Assembly (NCBI GenBank): GCA_964448065.1 | Contig: CAYUUU010000001.1 | Coordinates: 1 to 43,157, forward strand | DNA length: 43,157 nucleotides | Direction of reading: 5' to 3' | DNA from: an uncultured Gammaproteobacteria bacterium | GTDB taxonomy: Bacteria > Patescibacteriota > Microgenomatia > UBA12405 | Part shown: positions 7,945 to 17,408 of the stretch, piece after piece | How the letters are laid out: every line of letters starts with the position of its first letter | How positions within the stretch are numbered: position 1 is the first letter of the stretch | Program-made: the position numbers and the translations under genes | The notes under the pieces: generated by a model | The model's database searches: none | What the model saw: only the letters and a program-made list of their open reading frames with translations | What the model was told of the DNA's origin: nothing

Positions 7945-9849
7945 TTAATAAATATCAGGATCGTAAATAATGTCATCATCATTGGAAGATTTTGGTTTAT
8001 GACGATAATCTCTGACATCACTTTCTTCAAATTCAAGTAAATCTTTGGGGATATCGATTAAAAAGCGACTTGGTTCATTTAAGCTACTTTTGCCAAAAAA
8101 TAAACGACGGCTGGCATAAGAAATGTATAAAAACTCTTTGGCTCGAGTAATACCAACATAACAAAGACGGCGCTCTTCTTCAATTTCAGTTTCATCGATT
8201 AAACAACGAGAGTGAGGCAAAATTCCCTCTTCAAAACCAGCTAAAAAAACAACTTCAAATTCCAAACCTTTGGCTCCGTGAAGAGTCATTAGTCTGACAC
8301 CATCATGATTTTCTTTTTTCTTATTTTTTTCCTGTAGGGAATATTCTTGTTGAACTAAAGTAATATTTTCTAAAAATCCATTTAGACTTGGATAAGAAGC
8401 GGCAACAGATTTTAATTCCTTGATATTCTCAATTCGTTTTTGATCTTCCTCGTCTTTTGGATCGAATTTGTCTAAATAACCAGAGTTAATAGTTAATGAT
8501 TCTAATAGTTCTAAGGAAGTTATGGAATCTAAATTTAAACCATCTAGATAGAATAAAAAACTAGTTTTTTTTCTTTTCCCTATAATTTTATCGACTCGGT
8601 CTTCAGAAATTCGATCGGAACGATCGTGAGCAAATCGGAACAAAGACAAAAGGTCTTTGATTTCGGCACGTTCGTAAAAACGAATACCACCAAGTAAAAC
8701 ATAAGGAATACTAAGACGTAAAAGAGCTTCTTCAAGAGCACGAGATTGAGCATTCATACGATATAAAACAGCCATATCTCTTAATTCTATATGATAGTTT
8801 TCGTTTAAAAATTTGATTTTTTGAGCAATAAAATCTGACTCGGAAACTTCATTTTCGGCTTCAAAAACTTTTATTTTTTGAGTAGAAATTTTTTTGGTAA
8901 AAAGTTTTAAAACTGGATGAGAATTATTTTTGGAAATAACTGAATTAGCCGCTTCCAAAATTATCTGGGTGGAACGATAATTTTCTTCAAGATTTATAAC
9001 CTTGGCATCTTTAAAATCAGTAGTGAAATTAACCAAATTATGATAATCGGCTCCACGCCAACCATAAATAGCCTGGGAAGCGTCGCCGACAACAGTAATT
9101 TGTTTATATTTTTCGGCTAGTAATTTGGTCATAAGGTATTGAATCTGATTGGTATCTTGATATTCATCGACCATAATTACTTTATAAATATTTTGATATT
9201 TTTCTAAGACTTGGGGAAATTGATAAAACAATTCAACTGTCTTGAATAATAAATCATTAAAATCTAGGGCTTGAAAATCACCTAATTTTTCTTGATATTT
9301 TTCGTAAACTTTAGCCGCATATTCCTGCCAAAAACCATGACTTTGAGCAATCATTTCTTTTGGAGTTTGATAAGAATTTTTGGCACTTTCAATAAAATAT
9401 AAAAGACTGCTTGGTTTAAATTCTTTGGGAGTTAGACCTAAATCGTGAAGAATAAGTTTTATTAGATTTTCCTGATCGCCAGAGTCATAAATAACAAAAT
9501 TTTTAGAAACACCAATATGGTGGCCATCGGCTCGCAAAACTTTACAACAAAATGAATGAAAAGTCCCCGCCGTCAGCTGTGCAGACTTGGCGGGCAGGCC
9601 TGATTTTACCTTATATCCAGATAAAAGTTTGGCCATACGATTTTTCATTTCGTCGGCAGCTTTGTTAGTGAAAGTTAAAAGAAGAATTTCACTAGGTTTG
9701 GCAATTTTTTTATTAATAAAATAGGCGGCACGATGGGTTAAAACTCGAGTTTTACCAGATCCGGCTCCAGCTAAAAGTAAAAGTGGACTACCCAAATGAG
9801 TAACCGCTTCTTTTTGTTGAGGATTTAGTGATTTTAAAATATCGTCCAT
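7945..9849 (-). CDS. uvrD: ATP-dependent DNA helicase, UvrD/PcrA family
   Basis: LNPQQKEAV, AGAGSGKTRVLTHR, TFTNKAA, VDEYQDTN, YRS, LMTLHGAKGLEF, YVGITRAK. Confidence 0.9.
   Translation of the reverse strand: MDDILKSLNPQQKEAVTHLGSPLLLLAGAGSGKTRVLTHRAAYFINKKIAKPSEILLLTFTNKAADEMKNRMAKLLSGYKVKSGLPAKSAQLTAGTFHSFCCKVLRADGHHIGVSKNFVIYDSGDQENLIKLILHDLGLTPKEFKPSSLLYFIESAKNSYQTPKEMIAQSHGFWQEYAAKVYEKYQEKLGDFQALDFNDLLFKTVELFYQFPQVLEKYQNIYKVIMVDEYQDTNQIQYLMTKLLAEKYKQITVVGDASQAIYGWRGADYHNLVNFTTDFKDAKVINLEENYRSTQIILEAANSVISKNNSHPVLKLFTKKISTQKIKVFEAENEVSESDFIAQKIKFLNENYHIELRDMAVLYRMNAQSRALEEALLRLSIPYVLLGGIRFYERAEIKDLLSLFRFAHDRSDRISEDRVDKIIGKRKKTSFLFYLDGLNLDSITSLELLESLTINSGYLDKFDPKDEEDQKRIENIKELKSVAASYPSLNGFLENITLVQQEYSLQEKNKKKENHDGVRLMTLHGAKGLEFEVVFLAGFEEGILPHSRCLIDETEIEEERRLCYVGITRAKEFLYISYASRRLFFGKSSLNEPSRFLIDIPKDLLEFEESDVRDYRHKPKSSNDDDIIYDPDIY
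9565..9602. repeat. GC-rich hairpin element inside uvrD (CCGCC...GGCGG plus GCAGGCC)
   Basis: GC island in an AT-rich gene. Translated in frame as SGLPAKSAQLTAG, between helicase motif Ia (TFTNKAADEM) and GTFHSF. Confidence 0.7.
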
Positions 9850-9858
9850 CGGATTTAA

Positions 9859-11979
9859 CTATAGTTGGTAAATCTTGGTTTTACCAGACTGAAATACAAC
9901 TTGCCCACCAATCTTTATAAAAATGTCTTCGTTGAGATTTGGATATTTTTCGCGTTCTTTATTGCCAACAAAAATATATTTAACATTATATTTTTGTAAC
10001 AAAGTTTTAGTTTCATTAGTATCTTGGGACTCATAAATTTTTTGAACATCATCTTGACGTTCTTTTGGTTTATCATAACCACCACGCCAAAGCCATTCAT
10101 GAACAATCCACCCCTGGACAGTAGGTAAACCAGTAGATACAGAAACTTGACCAAAAGTGGTGTAGCTGTCCCCAACTGCTTCTAAAATTACTGGCTGACC
10201 AGAAACATTTTTGTTTAACCAGTTGATGGCAATAAAATTATCTGGATATAAATCTTTTAAATAATTTAAACCATATAAACCTTGATAATTTTCAATTCCA
10301 TAAAATGATTTAATGGCAAAATAAGGATACGACAGATGAATAATAAAAATTATAACAGCTAATAGATAGTAAAAAATACGAATAATTTTTTGAGAAATTA
10401 AGGTTTTGGCCCGAAAAATAAAATATCCAGAGGAAAGAGAATACAAAATGAAGGCTTGGTAAACTAATTTGAACATCGTATTGGCTCGACGATGTTCGTA
10501 AATATAAATGTCTTTGATATAAACAAACTCAGGAATAATAATTAAAATGGTAGCGGTAACAAAAAGTGAAAAAGCAAAAATATCGGATTTGGTTAATTTT
10601 AAATAGCGACGGAAAAATCTATAAATTAAAACTAAAATAATTGGAATATTGATTAACCAAAAACCACCATACAAAATAAATAATTGATAAAAAGGAGTAT
10701 GAGAATCGGCTAGTTTTATACCTTGAGTCATTGGACTAAAATTTAGGGAGAAAGGCAGAGAAAATAAATACCAAAAAACAATCGTTAAAAAACCATTTGA
10801 TAAAGTTTTGTTAAAAGAGATTAATAATTTATTTGATTTAAGATTATTTAAAAAAGTAAAAATAGCAAAGAAAATTCCATAAATAGCAAAATCCCAAGCG
10901 TTGGTCATATAGGCAATAGCTAAAATTAAGGCCGAAGGAATAATAAGTTTAAAATTTAAAATTTTTTCTGATGATTTGATTAAAGAAATTGATAATAAAA
11001 AAGCCAAGAAAAAAATAACAATTGGCAAATCATTTAGATGACCATGAAGATCGGAAACAACAAAACTGTAAATTGGAAATTCATGAATGGTTTTATCGCT
11101 AGTAACTGGATCGTAACCAATAAAACGAGTAGCATCTGGATACCAATATTTTGAAGCAGATTTAATAAAAGCATCTTTGGTTAAAACTAATTTATTGTTA
11201 TCAGTAATATTGATTTTAATAATTTTATATAAAGGATGAAGGTTGCCGCCGAAAGTTAATAAAAAAGCCGAGATTAAACCAAAAAAAACAACTTGATAAC
11301 TAAACCCTTCCCTAACCCTTCCCTTGACAGGGCAGGATAAGAAAAGATAAACCAAATTGGAGACCAAAGAAAAAGAAAAAGTAAAAGCCATGGCACAAAT
11401 AGTTGCTATTGATAAGTTATAAGTAATGGTTGAACTAATGGTGCTAAATTTGGTTAAAAAAGCAAAAATGTAATGACCAAAATAATAATAATTAATGGGG
11501 CTACCAGCAAACCACATATCTTGAGGAGGGGAAAAACGGCTACGTAGGATAGTGTTTATAAATCCCCAATCCATATATTTCTCTAGACCTTCAAGATCTG
11601 GAGCAAAACCACGAACAAAAGACCAGCTGATTAAAATTATTAAAAATAGAATTTCTTCAAAAACAAAAAACTTATATTTTTCTTTTAAAACTTGAATAAA
11701 TTTTTTAAAACAATTTTTGTTAAAAAAGAAAAAAATAAAATTAGTAAGAATAATTAGGCTAAAAATAATTAAGAAAGAGGTATTAGTAAAAGGTAAAATT
11801 TTTAAAACTCCTAGAGTAAAAGTAAGATAAGAAAATATTAAAACACCAATTATTTTGGAAAAAATATAACCTTTATCCCAAAATTTTTTGAATAAAGAAA
11901 AAGTTAAAGGCAAAAAAATAAGAGCAATAGAATTTATGGAAAGGTACCAAAAAATGATGAAATTAAGATCGGACAACAT
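9859..11979 (-). CDS. DUF2298 (YYY-motif) polytopic membrane protein
   Basis: 706 aa, many TM segments, signature SPINYYYFGHY, C-terminal soluble domain. Confidence 0.7.
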   Translation of the reverse strand: MLSDLNFIIFWYLSINSIALIFLPLTFSLFKKFWDKGYIFSKIIGVLIFSYLTFTLGVLKILPFTNTSFLIIFSLIILTNFIFFFFNKNCFKKFIQVLKEKYKFFVFEEILFLIILISWSFVRGFAPDLEGLEKYMDWGFINTILRSRFSPPQDMWFAGSPINYYYFGHYIFAFLTKFSTISSTITYNLSIATICAMAFTFSFSLVSNLVYLFLSCPVKGRVREGFSYQVVFFGLISAFLLTFGGNLHPLYKIIKINITDNNKLVLTKDAFIKSASKYWYPDATRFIGYDPVTSDKTIHEFPIYSFVVSDLHGHLNDLPIVIFFLAFLLSISLIKSSEKILNFKLIIPSALILAIAYMTNAWDFAIYGIFFAIFTFLNNLKSNKLLISFNKTLSNGFLTIVFWYLFSLPFSLNFSPMTQGIKLADSHTPFYQLFILYGGFWLINIPIILVLIYRFFRRYLKLTKSDIFAFSLFVTATILIIIPEFVYIKDIYIYEHRRANTMFKLVYQAFILYSLSSGYFIFRAKTLISQKIIRIFYYLLAVIIFIIHLSYPYFAIKSFYGIENYQGLYGLNYLKDLYPDNFIAINWLNKNVSGQPVILEAVGDSYTTFGQVSVSTGLPTVQGWIVHEWLWRGGYDKPKERQDDVQKIYESQDTNETKTLLQKYNVKYIFVGNKEREKYPNLNEDIFIKIGGQVVFQSGKTKIYQL
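11302..11335. repeat. GC-rich element (AAACCCTTCCCTAACCCTTCCCTTGACAGGGCAGG) inside the DUF2298 gene
   Basis: Read directly. Translated in frame as CPVKGRVREGF. Related to the CCCCTC-TTTGACAA-GAGGGG family. Confidence 0.7.
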
Positions 11980-11986
11980 GGCTAGT

Positions 11987-12562
11987 TTATAAAGTAAAAA
12001 ATACTAGATTAAATATAGTCTGAATAAAATTATTAAAAATAATTGGAAAAGTTAGATCTTTGGTTAAAAACCAAAGTAAAATTCCAATAATTATTCCCCC
12101 AATAATATCGATTGGATAATGAAAACCTGATAGAACTCGAAAAGTTAATAAAGGAATAACTACCATTAAAAAAACCGGTATTGATAAAACTTGAGTAGAA
12201 ATTACAAAAAGAAAAAAGACAGTAGTTTTCATGGTGTGGCCGGAAGGAAAAGAACCACTGTAATACCAATTATTTACTAAACCTTTTGGAGCTTTTTGAC
12301 GACGATGAAACATTGGTCTAATCCAAAAACATTTTTTTTTAAGAATTCTCTCAATGATTTCAGCAATGAGAGTGGTGGTAAAAAGACGACCAAAAAAATT
12401 AATATCAAAACAAATTAATTTAAAGGAAACAAAAAAGAAAAATACCCAAATTGAATAATTTAAAAAAATTAGGGAAATTTCTCCCCAAAAATCATGATCA
12501 AATACAATTAGAAAATCTTTTTTTGGTTGCCAAAATAGAATTTTTTTAAGGGTTGAAAGCAC
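11987..12562 (-). CDS. PAP2-family (type 2 phosphatidic acid / polyprenyl-phosphate) phosphatase
   Basis: The three PAP2 motifs: KKKCFWIRP, SFPSGHT, SGFHYPIDIIGG. Membrane protein. Confidence 0.75.
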   Translation of the reverse strand: MLSTLKKILFWQPKKDFLIVFDHDFWGEISLIFLNYSIWVFFFFVSFKLICFDINFFGRLFTTTLIAEIIERILKKKCFWIRPMFHRRQKAPKGLVNNWYYSGSFPSGHTMKTTVFFLFVISTQVLSIPVFLMVVIPLLTFRVLSGFHYPIDIIGGIIIGILLWFLTKDLTFPIIFNNFIQTIFNLVFFTL

Positions 12563-12573
12563 TTCTTAGTTTA

Positions 12574-14331
12574 TCATTTTTTAAATATAATAACTTTTGG
12601 ATGATCATAGACAGAAAAGGCTTCTTCGGCAGTATCATCTCGAAAATAAATCCCTGGATAAGAACACTCGTCTATTTCTAGCCATTTGTTTTTGGTAGTT
12701 AAATAAGGATAGTTGGTTGGTCCAAAATAAATACATTTTTTAATGAAAGGTAGGAAAAATCCAGGATAAGAATTAAATTCGATTATTTTTTTAAATTGAG
12801 AATTACCTTGAAATAAATCTTGATAATATTTGGTGGTAACAGGATAACGAGTGGAAACAGTTGGAATCGAAGACCAGAGTCGATTTGAAGTAAGAAAAAT
12901 ATAATCAGTGTTATTTAAAATTGAATTAATTTGTTGCCATTTAGTGTCGGTATCTGGATCGTAAAGATGAAGATTTTGGTTTAGATAAAGATTTGAAGAT
13001 GAATAATCTATCGATAGTGGTAAGGCGTCGTCCCAATATTCGTTGGCAACATTGCTACCATAAGCAATATTTTGATAAATCCATTGTGAAGCTTGAACCC
13101 GAGTATGAGGTCTGGCATAAATTGAAAGAAAAGAAAGACAATAAATGGAATTAAAAACAAAAGCTAAAAGAAAAAAATTTTTATATTTTTTTAAAGATAA
13201 ATTTAAAAAAACAATTAAAAAACAGATAAATGGATAAATTGGAAGAAAATAACGCATAGTAGCTGTGAAACTGAGACCTTGTTGAATAATTAAAAAAACA
13301 ATCCAAAAAACGGAAAGAAAAATAATATAATTGTTGAAGTTAGAAAAAATTGATTTAAATTTAATTTTTAAAATATTTTTAATTGGAATTAAAAATAAAA
13401 TTGAAAAAGGAATTCCTAATCCCCACAAAATAATATTTTTAAGAGGAAACAAAATCGGAGTTTTGCTAAGCCACTGAATTTCTGGCGGATAAAAGACATT
13501 ACGATTTAATAAAATTGATTTTAAATAAATTAAACTGTTTAGAAAATCTGGATTGATTTTTAAAAAACCAACAAAACTATATGGTTGAAAAATTCTAAAA
13601 ATAATAAAAGAAAAAATAATATAAAAAATACCTTTAAAAAAAGTTTTAACTTTTTCTTGACGAAGATGATAAATAAAAATTAATAAAATTATGGGTGAAA
13701 AAAGAGCGGTAGAAATTTTACAACTCATAGACAATCCAAAACTAATTGAAGCCAAAAACAAAAACCAATTTTTGTTGGTTTTTAACCAAAAAACTAATAA
13801 AACAAAAGTTAACAAAATAAAAAAAGTTAAAAAAGTGTCTACCGCAAAAAAATGAGATAGTTGAAGTGGAAGAACAGTAAAACAATAAAAAAGACTGGGT
13901 AAAAATAATAAATTCTGTTTATTTTTAGGAAAAAGTAATTTGGCTAAAAAATAAAGACTAAAAACATTTAAAGAATCAGAAATAGCAGATAGAATACGAC
14001 CAACAAAATGAATATTTGAATAGTCATTAATATTAAAAATATGACCAATAATTTTAATTAATAAAATAGGAAAATTACCATAAACAAAAAAATTAAATTG
14101 TTGATAATTAAAAGGATTTAGAGGTGAATTTTGAGTATCAAAATATTGACTTAAATTTGAAGGAAAATTGATAGTAGAAACCAACATAGTCAAGAATCTT
14201 TCGTCTGGTTGAAGATGTTGATTTTGATCCCAATTTAATCCAAAAAGACGCAGGCCTAGACTTAGAAAAAAAATTGAAAAAACTATAACTAGTTGATGTT
14301 TAAGATTTTTTTTGACAAACATAATAAACAT
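12574..14331 (-). CDS. GT-C fold (GT39/ArnT/PMT-like) polyprenyl-phosphate-sugar-dependent glycosyltransferase
   Basis: 585 aa, polytopic. Acidic first-loop motif (HLQPDERF). C-terminal soluble domain ending AEEAFSVYDHPKVIIFKK. Paralog of 14910-16484. Confidence 0.6.
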   Translation of the reverse strand: MFIMFVKKNLKHQLVIVFSIFFLSLGLRLFGLNWDQNQHLQPDERFLTMLVSTINFPSNLSQYFDTQNSPLNPFNYQQFNFFVYGNFPILLIKIIGHIFNINDYSNIHFVGRILSAISDSLNVFSLYFLAKLLFPKNKQNLLFLPSLFYCFTVLPLQLSHFFAVDTFLTFFILLTFVLLVFWLKTNKNWFLFLASISFGLSMSCKISTALFSPIILLIFIYHLRQEKVKTFFKGIFYIIFSFIIFRIFQPYSFVGFLKINPDFLNSLIYLKSILLNRNVFYPPEIQWLSKTPILFPLKNIILWGLGIPFSILFLIPIKNILKIKFKSIFSNFNNYIIFLSVFWIVFLIIQQGLSFTATMRYFLPIYPFICFLIVFLNLSLKKYKNFFLLAFVFNSIYCLSFLSIYARPHTRVQASQWIYQNIAYGSNVANEYWDDALPLSIDYSSSNLYLNQNLHLYDPDTDTKWQQINSILNNTDYIFLTSNRLWSSIPTVSTRYPVTTKYYQDLFQGNSQFKKIIEFNSYPGFFLPFIKKCIYFGPTNYPYLTTKNKWLEIDECSYPGIYFRDDTAEEAFSVYDHPKVIIFKK

Positions 14332-14917
14332 GAGGATAGAAAAAATTAAAAAACTTTCCTTGTTTAATAATTTTAAAATTATTTTTAATTAATAGATTTT
14401 TCATATCTAATGACGATAAAAAATAAAGTTTGGAAAATTTGGTCATAACCAAATCATGAAAATAATTCCAATAAAATTTAGCAATAGGCTTAGTATCGAT
14501 ATCTTTAATTATTAAAAAACCATTTGGTTTTAATTTTAAAAAAGCATCTTGTAAAAAGATATTTTTTTGTTGAGAATTAATATGATGGAGAAGATCAATA
14601 GCCAGAATAGCATTAAAAACCATTTTGTCTTGATTGATTAAATTAGAAGTTTTAAAAGAAACATTGGAAATATTGGTGGAAACTTTTTGAGCAATTAATA
14701 CCCTTTTGGAATTAATTTCAGAACCAATAATTTTTCGATTTTTATTTTTTAAAGCAAAGAAAATCGAAGTGAAACCATAACCACAACCAACATCTAGAAC
14801 AATACCTTTGTTGGGTAAAAGAGATTCTATTTTAGCAACTGGCAAAATTATCGATCTAAAAATTGAATAAATTTTGGGAAAAAAATAAGGATAAAGACTA
14901 ATGGTTTTTTTAATCAT
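14300..14917 (-). CDS. class I SAM-dependent methyltransferase
   Basis: Motif I VLDVGCGYG. I prefer the start at MIKKTISL (14917), which gives an ATGATTAA overlap with the upstream stop. Confidence 0.7.
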   Translation of the reverse strand: MIKKTISLYPYFFPKIYSIFRSIILPVAKIESLLPNKGIVLDVGCGYGFTSIFFALKNKNRKIIGSEINSKRVLIAQKVSTNISNVSFKTSNLINQDKMVFNAILAIDLLHHINSQQKNIFLQDAFLKLKPNGFLIIKDIDTKPIAKFYWNYFHDLVMTKFSKLYFLSSLDMKNLLIKNNFKIIKQGKFFNFFYPHVYYVCQKKS

Positions 14918-16484
14918 TTTTTTTATAAATTCTAATGGTTGGATTATCAAAAACACTCCAGGTTTCCTCAGCATTTTCATCATTTAAAAACAAAGATAAA
15001 TTATAATTAAATTGTTTAATTTGATTAAAACCAAGCTGACCAGAAAAAAGAGATTGATAATATTTTTGACTGACAGGAAAATTGGAATTATTTTGATTTT
15101 TAAAGACTCGACGAGAAGGTAGGATAATATATTCCGATTTTGATAGTTGAGTAGTTAATTGTGAGTCTAGATTAGAATCAAAATCTAAATTATAAAAATC
15201 AAAATTATTTACTTGAAGATTAGAATTGTAGACTGGTAAATTAACAACATTACCAGATTCGGATAAAATTAAAGAGGTTGAAGGAATTTGATTAATTAAC
15301 CAAATAGAAGCAATGGATCGATTATCGACCAAAAAATAACGACGACAAAAATAAATTCCTGGAAGGATGCTTAATAAGCATAAAATTAAATAAATTATTT
15401 TTGATTTAATTTTTGATAAAAAGAAAACTGTAAACAAAGGACCAATAAAAAATATTGGTGACATAAATCGAGTCCATTTTGTAAAAAGTTGTCCATTGTA
15501 TAAAAAATAAATTAGACAAGGGAAAAGAATTATTAATAATTTTTTTTTAGTAGTTAACGATATTTTTTTGAAATTGAATATAAAAAAAATAAAACCAATA
15601 ATTGAAAAAATGAAGATAAAAATACCAGAAGTATAAGGAAAAATATGAGTAAATTGAAAAATATAAGGAATAGTATTTATAAATTGACGAGTATAAAAAA
15701 CAAGAATATTACCGGTAGCAACTCCGGTTTCGTAAATCATTGAACTTTTAAAATCAGAAATTTTTAGAAAAGAAAAAGGAGTAAAAATAAAAGTAAAAAC
15801 TAAAGTTAAAAGAGATAAGGATAAAATTGAAAATAAAAATTTTTTAAACCTATGTAGAGACGCATCATGATGCGTCTCTACTAATAATGAAAAAATAAGA
15901 GAAAATAAAATTGGCAAAACAAAAAAGATGCCAGTAATTTTAGAAGCAATAGCAATGGCACTGACAAGTGCTGTTAGAAATAAATATTTTGTTTTTTGAT
16001 GATTAAAATAATTTAAGGCTAGTAAAATATTGGCTGAAAAAGCAAAAAATAAAATTGATTCGGTGGTGCCAAAATGAGCTAACTGTATTAGACCTGGAGT
16101 AAAAATTAATAAAAAAACAAAAGCTAAAAGTTCTCTCTTTTGGGGAAAAATTTTTTTAGCAATTAAATAAAAAAATAAAATTGAAAAGGAAGAAAAAATA
16201 GCTGACCAAAAACGAAGAGTTAGAGTAACATGATAAAAATCATGTTTTGGGGTAGTAAAAAAAGTTAAAAATAAAGGAAATTGATTGTAAGCAAAAAAAT
16301 TAGGATTAAGATTTTTAAAAGACATTGACAAAACAGAATTAACCATATTGTTTTCATCTGGATGGAAGAAAAAAGAATTACCCCAATTTAAACCACAAAA
16401 ACGAGTTAACAAAATACAGATTAAAACTATGTTAAAAATTAGAAAAGATTTATTTTTTTCAAAAAAATTTTTTTTAGAGGACAT
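14910..16484 (-). CDS. GT-C fold (GT39/ArnT/PMT-like) glycosyltransferase, second paralog
   Basis: Polytopic. First-loop FFHPDENNM. C-terminal AEETWSVFDNPTIRIYKK matches the paralog. The ATG at 16484 overlaps the UbiA stop. Confidence 0.6.
   Translation of the reverse strand: MSSKKNFFEKNKSFLIFNIVLICILLTRFCGLNWGNSFFFHPDENNMVNSVLSMSFKNLNPNFFAYNQFPLFLTFFTTPKHDFYHVTLTLRFWSAIFSSFSILFFYLIAKKIFPQKRELLAFVFLLIFTPGLIQLAHFGTTESILFFAFSANILLALNYFNHQKTKYLFLTALVSAIAIASKITGIFFVLPILFSLIFSLLVETHHDASLHRFKKFLFSILSLSLLTLVFTFIFTPFSFLKISDFKSSMIYETGVATGNILVFYTRQFINTIPYIFQFTHIFPYTSGIFIFIFSIIGFIFFIFNFKKISLTTKKKLLIILFPCLIYFLYNGQLFTKWTRFMSPIFFIGPLFTVFFLSKIKSKIIYLILCLLSILPGIYFCRRYFLVDNRSIASIWLINQIPSTSLILSESGNVVNLPVYNSNLQVNNFDFYNLDFDSNLDSQLTTQLSKSEYIILPSRRVFKNQNNSNFPVSQKYYQSLFSGQLGFNQIKQFNYNLSLFLNDENAEETWSVFDNPTIRIYKKND
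15854..15881. repeat. 28-nt perfect palindrome GTAGAGACGCATCATGATGCGTCTCTAC (REP-like, GTAG-headed) inside the GT-C gene
   Basis: Read directly. Translated in frame as VETHHDASL. The arms are identical to the copies at 41382 and 41926. Confidence 0.85.
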
Positions 16485-17403
16485 AGACAATGCCAATAAT
16501 TAGCAAGCCCCAAAGTAGAATAGAAAATAAAATTGGAATATCGGTGGCAGCAATCCTCTCTGGACGTTCACCTTCTTGCATTTCAAATATTATTTGGCCA
16601 TAGCGCATAATGCCAAAAATTACTGGAATTAAAGTGATCATATACCATTTACGATCAATAACATTGGGAAAATTAGTTAATAAAAAATTATGAATTTTAC
16701 CAGAACCATTAAAAGTAATAGTTTCTTCGAAAAAAGTAAACATGGCATAACAAATTAAAGTACAGACACCAAACATAGTGGTATAAAAATTAAGTAATGT
16801 TTTGCCATAACCGGATAAAGACGATCTGGTTTTGACCCCAGTATTGGCTAATTCGGTTCTTCTTTTACCACTGGCCAAAAATAGAGACAGAAAAATAACA
16901 GTTAGCATAATCCAAATTGGAAGATGATAACCGGTGGCTAATTCACCAGCAAAAGTTCTAATTATAAAGAAAAAGGCAATTCCAATAATATCAATAACCG
17001 CTTTCTTTTTAAGGAAAAATGAATAAGAAAATTGTAAAAGAATAAAAAATAAAGAAATAATAAAAAATGGAAAACTAACAAGAGAAGCAATAAATAAACC
17101 GCTTAGAAATAAACAACAAGAAACAAATATGGCTAATGGTTTGGAAATATCACCTCGAGCAATTGGCCTATTTTTTTTGAAAGGATGAAGTTTATCTTTA
17201 TTAACATCGATGACATCATTAATTAAATAAGAACATGATGATAATAAACAAAAAACAATAAAGGCAAAAATATTTTTATTTAAAATAGATAGATTAAAAA
17301 GTTGACCATTAAGAATAATTGCCGAAAAAACAGCCAAATTTTTTATCCACTGCATTGGTCGAAGAGCTTCAATTAGAGAAATTAATTTAAATTTATGATT
17401 CAT
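16474..17403 (-). CDS. UbiA-family prenyltransferase, decaprenyl-phosphate phosphoribosyltransferase-like
   Basis: N-terminal RPMQWIKNLAVF, Asp-rich NDVIDVNKD, about 8-9 TM segments. Resembles the Rv3806c-type subfamily, from memory of that family. Confidence 0.7.
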   Translation of the reverse strand: MNHKFKLISLIEALRPMQWIKNLAVFSAIILNGQLFNLSILNKNIFAFIVFCLLSSCSYLINDVIDVNKDKLHPFKKNRPIARGDISKPLAIFVSCCLFLSGLFIASLVSFPFFIISLFFILLQFSYSFFLKKKAVIDIIGIAFFFIIRTFAGELATGYHLPIWIMLTVIFLSLFLASGKRRTELANTGVKTRSSLSGYGKTLLNFYTTMFGVCTLICYAMFTFFEETITFNGSGKIHNFLLTNFPNVIDRKWYMITLIPVIFGIMRYGQIIFEMQEGERPERIAATDIPILFSILLWGLLIIGIVYVL

Positions 17404-17408
17404 ATATT

